IMG/VR virus record: IMGVR_UViG_3300037231_000119
Span: 32,001 to 96,000 of that record
DNA length: 64,000 nt
From: a virus
Reading direction: 5' to 3' (one strand)
A model generated the notes under the pieces. That model made no database searches. It was not told the DNA's origin and saw only the letters and a program-made list of their open reading frames with translations. Shown one piece after another: positions 37,208-47,016 of this stretch; position 1 is the stretch's first letter; each line of letters begins with the position of its first letter. Position numbers and translations under genes: made by a program.

Positions 37208-37780
37208 TTATCCAGGAAGCTTCGGTTTTGGTTGGGCCTTGATTCCTTCAAGACGTTCTTTATGGGCATCTTTGGAGCCTTCTTTTGCGATCATTTCGCC
37301 AATACCATCGCCAGATTTTCCGTAACCAACAGCGCGTTTTGCACGATCACCGGCAATAGGATTTAGAGGATCCTCGCCTTTATCCATTTCCTTAGCCTTA
37401 GACCCCTTTTTCATTTCCATTTTGCCCATAAATTTAGCCAGCTTATAAGAGCCCTTTTCATGATGCTTAGGATCTTGATTCGTAGCTTCATGCTGCTGAA
37501 CGTCTTGTTCAACCTTTTCACCAAGATCGGCATCGGCTTTAGCATCTGGGTTCTGTTCAGACATTCCCATTTTCTTCATAGGATCTTCAGATTTGCCCAT
37601 CTTAGCTTTAATGGCGCCGTCGATCTTATCAGCAGACTTTTCAGAATAGCCTTCTTTTTTGAGCTTAGAATGAATTTTAGCCCAATCGCCTTTAGCCAAC
37701 GTAGAGTTTTTATACATCTCTTCCGCTTTCTTCAAAACGGCGATGGCGGCTTCGGCTGGTGTAAATTTTTTATCAGACAT
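37208..37780 (-). CDS. Lys-rich putative internal head protein
   Basis: LAKG, MGKSE, MDKGE motifs; late motif at 37801. Confidence 0.65.
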   Translation of the reverse strand: MSDKKFTPAEAAIAVLKKAEEMYKNSTLAKGDWAKIHSKLKKEGYSEKSADKIDGAIKAKMGKSEDPMKKMGMSEQNPDAKADADLGEKVEQDVQQHEATNQDPKHHEKGSYKLAKFMGKMEMKKGSKAKEMDKGEDPLNPIAGDRAKRAVGYGKSGDGIGEMIAKEGSKDAHKERLEGIKAQPKPKLPG

Positions 37781-37816
37781 AGGTAGTCTCCATATAGGTC
37801 TAAGATTGGATTAAAG

Positions 37817-38137
37817 CTATTTCTTAGCCCCTTGTTTCGATAAGAAGCTATGGAGCGCCTGTATACTCGGCTTCTTAAACTCTTGATTTTGTTCACTTTT
37901 ATAGAATTGGCTCGGTTTGTCAGTAGCTTGGCCTGGTTTTTTAGCCTTGGCGGTCTTTACGACTGCTTGAGCGCCAACCCTGGTAGGGCTAGCCGTATTG
38001 GACTGAGTGGGCGATATTACACCAGCTACAGGGGTCAGTTTTGTAGGGGTAAGTCCAGCCATAGCAGCTTTGGCCAGAACTTCAGTCTTTTGAAGGACTA
38101 GGATTGCAACTTGTTGAGGGGTAAAGATTTTGGCCAT
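37817..38137 (-). CDS. Putative internal head protein, paralogous N-terminus to 37208..37780
   Basis: KIFTPQQVAILVLQK vs KKFTPAEAAIAVLKK. Confidence 0.65.
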   Translation of the reverse strand: MAKIFTPQQVAILVLQKTEVLAKAAMAGLTPTKLTPVAGVISPTQSNTASPTRVGAQAVVKTAKAKKPGQATDKPSQFYKSEQNQEFKKPSIQALHSFLSKQGAKK

Positions 38138-38154
38138 ATAGGGTAAAGATTGGA

Positions 38155-39144
38155 CTAATCTTCGTCAGCGTAAGCCAGATCTTGAAGCGTGGACCAATTA
38201 ACGGTCGAGAGGTCTTCTTGGCTATCCGTGATATTGGACAGGATCTTTAGGCCGCCCGTAAACCCATCAGCATTGCCGAGAGATAAGTTCTCAATGTATC
38301 TATGTGGTTGTTCAATCCACCTTGATTCGGTTTGCAAGCTTAGATTTACGTCCCTGCTCCAGATCACTTGACCCGAATCACTATAATCTGGGTTCGGATA
38401 CATTCCTGTAGACTTAAGAACACTTTCAGTGCCTCCTCCCGCCTCCAAAAGTTTCTGTCTATATCTAAGTAGTACGTATACGGTTATGGTATGTAGCCAG
38501 AGTAGAGTCTGTTGGTCCATCGCATGGCAGGATATTTTATAATTCTCTTGCATGAAGGTATGGCCGACTCGAGCTTGATAGGTCTGGAAGTGGGGGATGA
38601 TTCCATAGAGTGCTGGAGTGAAAGTGAGGCCAGGAAGGAGATTAACTTGATTAGCAGTAGTAACTGACTGGATGACGAAACCTGTTCCAGTAGCCGGATC
38701 TACCAATACCATTTCGGGAGCAACAGCATTCAGGTTCACATCCGCATTGAACGAGAAGACACCAGTAACTGAATTATAGGTTCCTCCACTAATAGGTTTT
38801 AAAACAAAAGGGATCGGCTTATTGATGTCATTGGGGTAGAGTGTTACCTTTTCCGTACTTAGGTCGGCCATATGACGCATGTCCATTTTTTCGTCATTTG
38901 ATCCGAGTTCAACAACTATGGCGGGGAATTCAACCTTATCCTCCCTAAGAGACATAAGGATATTTATTCTGTTATTGGTAATCCATTGCTTACATGAGGA
39001 TATTTGACTCCCATAAAGCCTTCTCATGTACTCATTTGACACCGTATCGCCTAAAATATCGTCGATTAACCATAGATTTTTGGTTATATCCTCTAAACCC
39101 AATATTAATGCAGCTTTTACGCGAAGATCGCCAAGGTAGACCAT
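38155..39144 (-). CDS. Putative tail terminator/neck protein
   Basis: Position upstream of sheath; FPAIVVELG pattern. Confidence 0.6.
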   Translation of the reverse strand: MVYLGDLRVKAALILGLEDITKNLWLIDDILGDTVSNEYMRRLYGSQISSCKQWITNNRINILMSLREDKVEFPAIVVELGSNDEKMDMRHMADLSTEKVTLYPNDINKPIPFVLKPISGGTYNSVTGVFSFNADVNLNAVAPEMVLVDPATGTGFVIQSVTTANQVNLLPGLTFTPALYGIIPHFQTYQARVGHTFMQENYKISCHAMDQQTLLWLHTITVYVLLRYRQKLLEAGGGTESVLKSTGMYPNPDYSDSGQVIWSRDVNLSLQTESRWIEQPHRYIENLSLGNADGFTGGLKILSNITDSQEDLSTVNWSTLQDLAYADED

Positions 39145-39148
39145 TTAC

Positions 39149-39964
39149 TTACCCCTTATATTTCTGCAAGATCGCTGGAAGGACACTATTATTCCATTCA
39201 TTTTGGGCCCACTCTGCGGCATCTGGGAAAAATCCCTTAGCGTTTTGAGCCGGATATTGCCACTTCCCATCATCGCCTTCTATGACAGTTCTGAAGGTAG
39301 TCATTACTTTCTTAGCGTTACCATTCTTATTCAAAACCTGATATATGTGGAGCCTTGCGAGTTGCTCGGTATTTCCACGCCCCGGTATCTTACTTGGAAT
39401 GTCAAAAACATGTAAGGGGAGAGGATGTCCATTAGGCCCCATTTTACTTATTCTCGGGCTCCCATTAGAATCCTTTTCAATTCCGCTCCACGAAAGCTTT
39501 TGACCTTTTAGAAAACCTTTGATACTTCCAATAAGCTCCTCATTCTTAGCAAGAGTCTTAATATTCAAACTGTCGGATTCTTTACCTTGTGGCATTGGAA
39601 TAATTTTGTAATGCTTGCCTTTATTAGGGCCATTCTTAACAGTCTCAGAATCTTTCAAGAGACCGTATTCTCCAGGCTTACCCTTCATATCCCACGGCTT
39701 ACCTTCTTCGATAGGAACTGCCGGTTCATTTAACGTGATCTCCCAAAGAAAGTCGCTGATTTGTACGGCTTGGCTTAGACTAGCTAGATATTTTTTTGCA
39801 ATCTGAGTATTTAGCTTTTGTCCCACCTCTTTTACCATGTTGGCGTGGGTAGCTTCCGCAAGCCCCTTAATACCTTTTTGAACATCCTTCGCGATTTCTT
39901 TTGCAAAGTTATTCAGGTATTGGGTTAAAGAGGAGATGTCTAGGTTGACTTTGATATCGCTCAT
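39149..39964 (-). CDS. Putative neck/tail completion protein
   Basis: IEEG..WDMK...LL...IIP...TFRTV...W.YP pattern. Confidence 0.65.
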   Translation of the reverse strand: MSDIKVNLDISSLTQYLNNFAKEIAKDVQKGIKGLAEATHANMVKEVGQKLNTQIAKKYLASLSQAVQISDFLWEITLNEPAVPIEEGKPWDMKGKPGEYGLLKDSETVKNGPNKGKHYKIIPMPQGKESDSLNIKTLAKNEELIGSIKGFLKGQKLSWSGIEKDSNGSPRISKMGPNGHPLPLHVFDIPSKIPGRGNTEQLARLHIYQVLNKNGNAKKVMTTFRTVIEGDDGKWQYPAQNAKGFFPDAAEWAQNEWNNSVLPAILQKYKG

Positions 39965-41151
39965 AGAATACCCATCATCTTCAATTTAGGCTCATTCCAA
40001 AGCTCAGCATTAGGAAATTGTGTAAGAAACCAATCCCATTTAATTTGGGAATGAGGTCTCATATACCCCTTAATTTCGACCCAAGTATTAGGCTCTATAA
40101 GAAATAGATCTGGGCGATATGTCTTAGCTGTCCCAGATTTGGTAAAAAGGGGCGTCGTGAATGTTTGGGGTTGCCACAAAAAATCAATCTTTTTGGAATT
40201 AAGGTAATCCACTACTTTGGGTTCGTAACCGGCCTGACAAATAAGTTCCTCCCCAGTTTTCCAGTGTATTTTTAGGGTAGTATTTTGTAGTTTTTTAGCG
40301 TGCGTTAATGCATATGAGGGATCCTGAGATAGATGTTCTACCCCATACCTCTCCAGATTAGTTTTCCTTATCTTATCTAGTTTTCTTTTGGGATGACCTA
40401 TAAATTCCGCTCTAGGGAGTGACCAGAATTCACCGTGGTCCTTGTCAACGAAACGTGCCGTTTCATTCAGCCCCGTGTAGGTAGTTTCGTCTAAAATAAA
40501 TTCGTCCCCGAACTTCTTTAATTTTAATCTTACCTCCTCAATATTCAATTTCTTACCCTCATTTGCCCTATCGGGATGCCCATGGCCATCCATAACTCTA
40601 GCTGGGGTAGAAATCCATTCTCCGTAATCTACATCCATAAATGAACATTCGCTACGAACTTTCGTATGAGTAGAATCTATTATAGAGACAGTATTGCCAT
40701 GTTTCTCAAAAATGATTTTTTTGATATTTCTCAAGGGGGTTTTTGTTCTGTCATACCCTCTTTGAGGATGACCTCTCCCCCTCAAAACACCAATAACTGT
40801 CGCGGGCCATTCCCCATAGTCGCTATCCACAAAAATAGCCTTCTTGTTTACATTTACATAAGATGTTCGCACAATACGTACCGTATCACCATGTACGCCC
40901 TGAATGCGCTTCTCGATATCATCCACAGAAAGTCTTTTCCCGCTAAACGCATACCTTTTTCTCTTTGGATGGCCCTTGCCGTCCCTATAAAGCGCTGCCG
41001 GAATTGCAGTGAAATTACCAAAAGCCTCATCTATAAAGACAGCGGTAGTTTTTACGTCTACGTAGGAGGATTCTTCCATCCCAATAACGTATGGAAGTCT
41101 TCCCTGGACTCTTTCTAGAACTTCCTTACATGTAAGCTTTTTAATACCCAT
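39961..41151 (-). CDS. Homing-endonuclease-like protein (repeats plus PD-(D/E)XK)
   Basis: Four D..YGEW..P......GHP repeats; TNLERYGV; YRPDLFL...VEIKG. Confidence 0.85.
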   Translation of the reverse strand: MGIKKLTCKEVLERVQGRLPYVIGMEESSYVDVKTTAVFIDEAFGNFTAIPAALYRDGKGHPKRKRYAFSGKRLSVDDIEKRIQGVHGDTVRIVRTSYVNVNKKAIFVDSDYGEWPATVIGVLRGRGHPQRGYDRTKTPLRNIKKIIFEKHGNTVSIIDSTHTKVRSECSFMDVDYGEWISTPARVMDGHGHPDRANEGKKLNIEEVRLKLKKFGDEFILDETTYTGLNETARFVDKDHGEFWSLPRAEFIGHPKRKLDKIRKTNLERYGVEHLSQDPSYALTHAKKLQNTTLKIHWKTGEELICQAGYEPKVVDYLNSKKIDFLWQPQTFTTPLFTKSGTAKTYRPDLFLIEPNTWVEIKGYMRPHSQIKWDWFLTQFPNAELWNEPKLKMMGIL

Positions 41152-41187
41152 ATACTTATAATTTCATATACTTGAATATGTGTCAAG

Positions 41188-41415
41188 TTAATTCTTTGGG
41201 GGTTTTACTGGAGCGCCTGATTGAGGGTCCTTCACTCTGCCTTCCAACATGGAGACGAACCTGATATCTTCTGGATCGTTCGGATTTACCCATTTCATTT
41301 GCGACTTACTTGATAATCCGCCCGGTGGGATAGGGGTTTTTGCAACATGGACAGTAGTATGTTTGGAGGGTAATTTAGCTGCTGAGGGTAGTCCTGCTAC
41401 CCCACCGCTTTTGGG
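41188..41415 (-). other. -1 programmed frameshift extension of the 792-aa protein
   Basis: Slippery C-CCA-AAA (41415-41409); hairpin GGGTAG-CAGGA-CTACCC 6 nt downstream; 75-codon open -1 frame. Confidence 0.7.
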
Positions 41416-43775
41416 TCACTCTGACCCTCCGCTTTCGGTCCATCTGGCGCACCGGATTGTGTAGCTTCCGCGACCGCACCCGGATCCTGAGGTGCATCTG
41501 AACTCATCTTAGGCTCGAGACCTAAGAGTTTGCACAGCTCGATCATGGCCTTAAGCATCTGGATCGTGCTTTGGTAAAGTCCGGGACTTTGATCTTTAGC
41601 CTCTTCTAGGAATGCCTTATTTGCCTTAAATCCCTGTAACGTTTGGGATACTTGATCTATAACCTGCGCCCTCTTTTGTTCCTGCGCGTGGTCATCTAAA
41701 CCACCCTGGAGAACTCCAGCCATATCTGGTTCATCCTGGCCATCTTCAGCCATCGGATCTTGTCCCGATTCTTGTCCCAATTCTCCATTTTGTCCCGATT
41801 CCTGAGCCATCTGATCCGCATCGCCCTGTGTACCTTGATAGTCTGGAGAGGCCATACGATCGATCGGACCTTCTTCTCCGCCTTGACTTCCAGGGCAATC
41901 TGGACAGTTACATTCATGGTCGCTATTCTGCATGTCCTTTTCAGCATCTGAAACGTTATTCTTTTGCTTATCGCCAAAGTTTTCGGGGACAGAGGCCCCC
42001 TCTTCCATCTCGTCGCCTTGAGGAAGTTCAGTATTGTCAATCTTTTTAGCTTCAGCCTCAGGAGTTTGGTCACCCTCTCCTGGCTTCTGATCCAATAGGT
42101 CTAAAACTTCTTCAGCCGTTTCATGTCCTTGTAGATTGGGATCTTCTTGGCCAGTTTGATCTGGCTGCTCTTCGATAGCGTCCCCATACATCTCTTGGCA
42201 CTGCGGACAGTTGTCTGGTTGCTCGGCAGACATATCTTGGACACCCAAAGCGGTCGCATCATGTTTTGGGCAATTCGGGCAGTTACAAATATGGTCTACG
42301 TCTTGTCCTTCGGGAGTCCCAGCTTGAGCTTCTCCAACGGTTTCGGATTCACAATAAGGGCAACCATCTACGCCGCCAGCCTCATCGGGAGTATCTTGGC
42401 AGTATGGGCAGTCATCCTCTTCCGAACTTTCCTGACAATATGGACAATCATCCGTATCTATCCCACCAGTATTTTGCTGGGAAGCATCGTATTCCTTACA
42501 AGCATCACAATCATGCATCCCAGCCGAACCATCCGCATTTTCTTGAGCATCCAAATCTTGGCAATAAGCACAGTCGTCCGTACGGTTATCTTCTTGATCA
42601 GGATTCTGAAAACCCTTGTCTTCTTTGTCGGCAGCTCCGTTATGGAAGCCCTCTTCATGCTTATGAAGATTATGGGTATGTTCAGACTTATACATCTCGG
42701 GCTTAGACATCCCCGCCTTGGAATCAGATCGTAGTTCTGATGCTGGATCGCTGTGTTGGTACGCAGCTCGACTATGTTGGTCAGCTATTTTAGAATGGAT
42801 ATCTCTATGTGCGGGATCCTTAGCTCTTTCTTTGCTACCGAACGCTCCTTGTTTTCCTTGATGAAAACGCCCCAGATCATTGTGAATTTTGGCCGCGTCG
42901 GCATGATCTTGCGGAGTGTATTTTAAAGTATTGGCAAACGCTTCAGATCGAAAATGAACCGGTTTCTTAGATTGGGTATGCCCCACAATATCGGAATCCT
43001 TGGGATGAACTGGTGCCGCATCCGAATCTGATTTATGAAGACCGCATGTATGTTCATACTTTACCATAGGCGCTGTAGTAGGTGCTGGGACTACGGTTAC
43101 CACGTGCCTCATTATGGCGCCATGTTTCTGATCTCTTTTATCCGCAGCACTATGTAAGCCCTTTTTACTTCCCACCGTTCCTTTATAGTGAAGAGTGCCG
43201 GTAGTGGGGCTATGAGAAGCTAAATGATATTTTTCGCCAGGCTTTAGATCTGGGGCGCCATAGAGACCGTGTTCACCTTCAGCTTTATGTAAATCGCACT
43301 TCATATTTTCGCTCTTTTCCAGATAAGCATCCGCAAGCTTCATCTCTTCTTGATTGGCAGTTTTAGCCTTAACTTTTTCGCGCATTTTATCAATGCCCTT
43401 TTCTACTTTAGGTCCATACCAAACCGTCTTATTCTTACCTGTAGCTTTGGCGTAGAGGAGACTTCTACCCGCTTCAGACAAGTCCTTACCAATACCAACT
43501 GAAATATTTAAGTCGGTGGCCTCGTAGTACTTACTTCTTAGCTCTTCCACATCTTTAGCGGCTTCAAACGGGATGCGAAAACTCCCCTCATCTCCACCAC
43601 CAGAAATTCTTTTACCACCACGCTCTGATACCCACTGATTAACGATCTCGTGACCCAAATCGATCTTGGCCGAGATATTGTGGAGAGCCTTCTCATCATT
43701 TGCAATGATGGCCTTACCGCACTGGCGACCAGCACCGTCCGCATCATAAGTAAGTCTGAGCATGGGCTTACTCAT
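41397..43775 (-). CDS. Head-module polyprotein: mCpol-like cyclase, His-rich modules, acidic CxxC repeats
   Basis: YDADGAG...GG.RISGGGDEG...ISVGIG..LSEA...L..AKATGKN; LEKSE/LHKAE/LHKSD/MYKSE motifs. Confidence 0.75.
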   Translation of the reverse strand: MSKPMLRLTYDADGAGRQCGKAIIANDEKALHNISAKIDLGHEIVNQWVSERGGKRISGGGDEGSFRIPFEAAKDVEELRSKYYEATDLNISVGIGKDLSEAGRSLLYAKATGKNKTVWYGPKVEKGIDKMREKVKAKTANQEEMKLADAYLEKSENMKCDLHKAEGEHGLYGAPDLKPGEKYHLASHSPTTGTLHYKGTVGSKKGLHSAADKRDQKHGAIMRHVVTVVPAPTTAPMVKYEHTCGLHKSDSDAAPVHPKDSDIVGHTQSKKPVHFRSEAFANTLKYTPQDHADAAKIHNDLGRFHQGKQGAFGSKERAKDPAHRDIHSKIADQHSRAAYQHSDPASELRSDSKAGMSKPEMYKSEHTHNLHKHEEGFHNGAADKEDKGFQNPDQEDNRTDDCAYCQDLDAQENADGSAGMHDCDACKEYDASQQNTGGIDTDDCPYCQESSEEDDCPYCQDTPDEAGGVDGCPYCESETVGEAQAGTPEGQDVDHICNCPNCPKHDATALGVQDMSAEQPDNCPQCQEMYGDAIEEQPDQTGQEDPNLQGHETAEEVLDLLDQKPGEGDQTPEAEAKKIDNTELPQGDEMEEGASVPENFGDKQKNNVSDAEKDMQNSDHECNCPDCPGSQGGEEGPIDRMASPDYQGTQGDADQMAQESGQNGELGQESGQDPMAEDGQDEPDMAGVLQGGLDDHAQEQKRAQVIDQVSQTLQGFKANKAFLEEAKDQSPGLYQSTIQMLKAMIELCKLLGLEPKMSSDAPQDPGAVAEATQSGAPDGPKAEGQSDPKAVG

Positions 43776-44689
43776 TTACGCCCTCTCAATACTTCTAGCA
43801 ACATTTCGATATTAGATTCATCCCAGCCACGACTAAAACGGAGCTGTACGCCATCCTGAGATTTTTTAAGCCAAATCTTTCTATGCTGATCCTGACCGAA
43901 ACATAGACAGCCGCTGTAGCCCGCAGTCTCACCGAATATGGTTTGTCCGCAGTCATTACAGGAAATCATTTCCGATTTGGCCATTTCAACTTTGAACTCT
44001 CTTGGTTTCTTCTTCCGTTCCAAGAACCCTTTGAGGGGAGATCCCTTTTTAGGGGACTCTTCTTTTTTGGTAATGTCGGAAGGCTTAACTTCGAGTGGCT
44101 TCGTCGTAATAGGGGGAATTGCGACGGAAGGTGTCGCAATACTAGGAGCTTTCATAGCCTCATTCAACTTAGCCATCATTAACTTATGAATAGCTTCTCT
44201 CTGCGCCATCTTATCTTCAACCACCCTGTTAACCAAAGAGTGAAGTTCCATACGTTCATCGATCAGCTTCTGAACCTTACGATCAATATCCTCTTCAACC
44301 TTCTTAGGCTTCGAGAGATCTTCCATGTCATAAAGCTCAAATGTTGAGAGTAGGATTAACCCCAATCCAGGGATAGAACGATTTTTAAAATCATATACCA
44401 ACTTATTATTATCGTAAACAGAGCCAGTGAAGTTGTCTGCGGAGTTTTTGTTAGCACTAACGTAAGCATTGGTACCAAATGGTAAGTGGATATCCTTATG
44501 AGAGTTTAGTTCCATTGGTTCCAGCTCAGAGATCAACATGGACATGACCGCTCTTGGTACGACCTTAAGACCAATCATGATCTCCATCGGATCCAAAACG
44601 GAATTGGACCCAATTTTATAGAGATCTGCCGACTTAGCGAGAGTCTCCAAAAACTGGTCATCTAAGATGTTAAGGAGATCGTTTTTCAT
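43772..44689 (-). CDS. Putative head protein with C-terminal zinc ribbon
   Basis: LAKS, MAKSE motifs; CNDC..CLC. Confidence 0.65.
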   Translation of the reverse strand: MKNDLLNILDDQFLETLAKSADLYKIGSNSVLDPMEIMIGLKVVPRAVMSMLISELEPMELNSHKDIHLPFGTNAYVSANKNSADNFTGSVYDNNKLVYDFKNRSIPGLGLILLSTFELYDMEDLSKPKKVEEDIDRKVQKLIDERMELHSLVNRVVEDKMAQREAIHKLMMAKLNEAMKAPSIATPSVAIPPITTKPLEVKPSDITKKEESPKKGSPLKGFLERKKKPREFKVEMAKSEMISCNDCGQTIFGETAGYSGCLCFGQDQHRKIWLKKSQDGVQLRFSRGWDESNIEMLLEVLRGRK

Positions 44690-44692
44690 AGA

Positions 44693-45172
44693 TTATGAAT
44701 TGACAGGAGGAACAAACGATGGAAGAGGCTTTTGATTAATGAAGGCGCCGGTTTCTTGAATCAAGCGAGTTGGATCTTCCATTGCGTATACGAGTAGGGT
44801 AGCAGCCGAAGTGAATACGTACTGGTTGTTACCTGCCGAGATATATGTCCAGGCATTCGGGGGGCAGGCCACGCCAACATTACCATTCGCATCGGTAGCT
44901 CCAACTGCCAGAGAGGTAGTGGCTGAACCACCGATTGTAATCGATCCAACCGCTCCAGCATTATTGTAAATAGCTAGAATCATTCCCAATTGAGGCAAAA
45001 TCAACCCGGCCGATGCATTCGTTGTATACCCTCCGGAGATCTGAATTGGCAGGTATCTTGGCCCAACTATTAGGGATTTTTGTGCGCCCGAGGCTGGATT
45101 ATATAAAATCGATACAATATCGAGTCCAGAATTCAGGGAGTCATTGTTTACGACACGTTGATTTTTTGGCAT
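44693..45172 (-). CDS. Virion structural protein
   Basis: Late motif at 45202; beta-rich composition. Confidence 0.6.
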   Translation of the reverse strand: MPKNQRVVNNDSLNSGLDIVSILYNPASGAQKSLIVGPRYLPIQISGGYTTNASAGLILPQLGMILAIYNNAGAVGSITIGGSATTSLAVGATDANGNVGVACPPNAWTYISAGNNQYVFTSAATLLVYAMEDPTRLIQETGAFINQKPLPSFVPPVNS

Positions 45173-45215
45173 ATTTTATTCCTTAAGTACCTATATCACT
45201 ATAAGATTGGAGGGG

Positions 45216-46172
45216 TTAATCGCCTGGTAGGCCATCCTCAGCGAATGAGGTCATATCGACTGAGATGGCACCTGGGCCCGGTTTGATGTTATCTAAGGGG
45301 GTTTGGACGGCCCTATTGGGAGTTGTGGACTGAGAGGTATTCTTAGGATCCCCTCTGTTTTGGCTATGCCACACGTACTCACGCTGAATAACGGCATAGT
45401 AGGCCAGTCTCTCTGGAACTCTAGCGCCACCTTCCGTAACATTCGTCATTCTGACCTCCTTCGGCAAAGAGACAACATAGTGAAACGCTTTATATAGGTA
45501 ACGTATTGAATATACTCGACCTTTTCCCGTCTGTGGGTTTATGCCAGGATTTGATCCACCTGGGAGCCAATTGATATTACCAAGCGCGTCAATGCAAAAA
45601 TCTAATCCCTGTACATACGAAATGTTTCGACTATCGATAATCGGCAATTCTAGTTCAACTACCGGAAACATGGTTACATTTGGACCCACTTCGTAGGTCA
45701 TTTTTTGACTCCAGGAGACCTTGACGTTTGCATTTGGATCCGACACGTAGAAACGATCGCCTACATCCAAATAGATACGCTTCCCGTCATTTACTGAATT
45801 GGTATTCAAAGATCCTGCCACCGATTTTGTCGTATTGTAAAAACGAGGCAAAATAAGCCTACTTACAGAGGGGTCTACTTGGCCGCCCTCACTTCTATGC
45901 CTATCCGTAGTATTGTCGGTCTCACAACCAGTAAAAACACCAGCACAAATGTAGAGCATTCCGTTAGCAGTAAGAACGTCCAATCCGTCTCTCCTATAAT
46001 CGCCACGATCGTTTAGGCCAATAGGAGAGGGGATGGACTTCCAATGAGTATAGTCTATACCGGAACTAGTTACAAAGAAGTCATCTTTATTAATGTCAAA
46101 AGAGTGCTGCCCTACTGGGCAATAGGAGGAGATGTCTTGAATTTGTTCCCCGACAGGAGTTCTATTACTCAT
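45216..46172 (-). CDS. Putative head closure/neck protein
   Basis: Position; YSIRY.Y...Y.V..L.KE.R pattern seen in SPO1-like neck genes. Confidence 0.6.
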   Translation of the reverse strand: MSNRTPVGEQIQDISSYCPVGQHSFDINKDDFFVTSSGIDYTHWKSIPSPIGLNDRGDYRRDGLDVLTANGMLYICAGVFTGCETDNTTDRHRSEGGQVDPSVSRLILPRFYNTTKSVAGSLNTNSVNDGKRIYLDVGDRFYVSDPNANVKVSWSQKMTYEVGPNVTMFPVVELELPIIDSRNISYVQGLDFCIDALGNINWLPGGSNPGINPQTGKGRVYSIRYLYKAFHYVVSLPKEVRMTNVTEGGARVPERLAYYAVIQREYVWHSQNRGDPKNTSQSTTPNRAVQTPLDNIKPGPGAISVDMTSFAEDGLPGD

Positions 46173-46521
46173 TTGACCGTCCTAAACATAGTTCGGATAG
46201 CTCCGATAGCCTATTATCAGTGTTGGAATGGAGTCTAGCCAAACCCTTAATCACCTCATTGATATTGAGCGCCTTCTTTATCTTTTCGACTCGTCTTTCG
46301 AATTTGAGACCATCGAGTCTATTATTTGGATTGACGTGAATATCACCACTAAAGCCCTGACCCATTACAGCCATGATCTCTATCTGTTTCAAAAACGAAG
46401 CGATCTTTGGATCAAGAGGGTCATAGTTAACTTGAATCTTAGTAGCCCCCTCGATCTGCCTTACTAATGGCTTATCGATATTAAACTCAATCTCTTCGTT
46501 TCCAATGATCTTAATGCACAT
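46165..46521 (-). CDS. Hypothetical protein
   Basis: Operon coupling. Confidence 0.65.
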   Translation of the reverse strand: MCIKIIGNEEIEFNIDKPLVRQIEGATKIQVNYDPLDPKIASFLKQIEIMAVMGQGFSGDIHVNPNNRLDGLKFERRVEKIKKALNINEVIKGLARLHSNTDNRLSELSELCLGRSNE

Positions 46522-47015
46522 TACGAGATCCTAGCTTTCTTGAGACCTGAAGAGAGGGCTTTCTCGGAAACCGCACCACTCATAGCATGGACGAACTCTT
46601 TAGGGACTTCCAAAGACTGAAGGCAGAGAGAATTACCATGGATAGCGCCATTAGCAGATCCAACTTTGATATTCTGCTTGGTGATATAGAAATCGACATT
46701 TGCACCGTTTTGTACACTATATATGTCGTGACCAGACTTACGAAGATCATCTGAAAGAAAATGGGAATGACTCTCAGCTTGAAGCTTCAGACCTTCCGAT
46801 TTCATGATGGCTGGCTGGAAAGAATTATAGCGCTGTTCAATCGTATAGCATAGTATAGCCTGATGCGAAGCTGCTCCAAGAACCTCTTCCTCACCCTTAG
46901 CCCCAACTTTGGTTGCTAGGCAAAGCCCACCCTTCAATTTTATGAGGCTTACCTGCTTACCGTCCATAACTCCAAAAGGCTCTTTTGATGCAATCTGATC
47001 GTCTTCTATTTTCAT
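46521..47015 (-). CDS. Putative head protein
   Basis: IMKSE, LRKSG motifs; likely start MKIEDD. Confidence 0.6.
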   Translation of the reverse strand: MKIEDDQIASKEPFGVMDGKQVSLIKLKGGLCLATKVGAKGEEEVLGAASHQAILCYTIEQRYNSFQPAIMKSEGLKLQAESHSHFLSDDLRKSGHDIYSVQNGANVDFYITKQNIKVGSANGAIHGNSLCLQSLEVPKEFVHAMSGAVSEKALSSGLKKARIS

Positions 47016-47016
47016 A

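Noticed and set aside
43413-43763. Ordinary GGDEF diguanylate cyclase
   Set aside because: Too short and lacks the D.D.FK.IND..GH motif; fits mCpol better, though untested.
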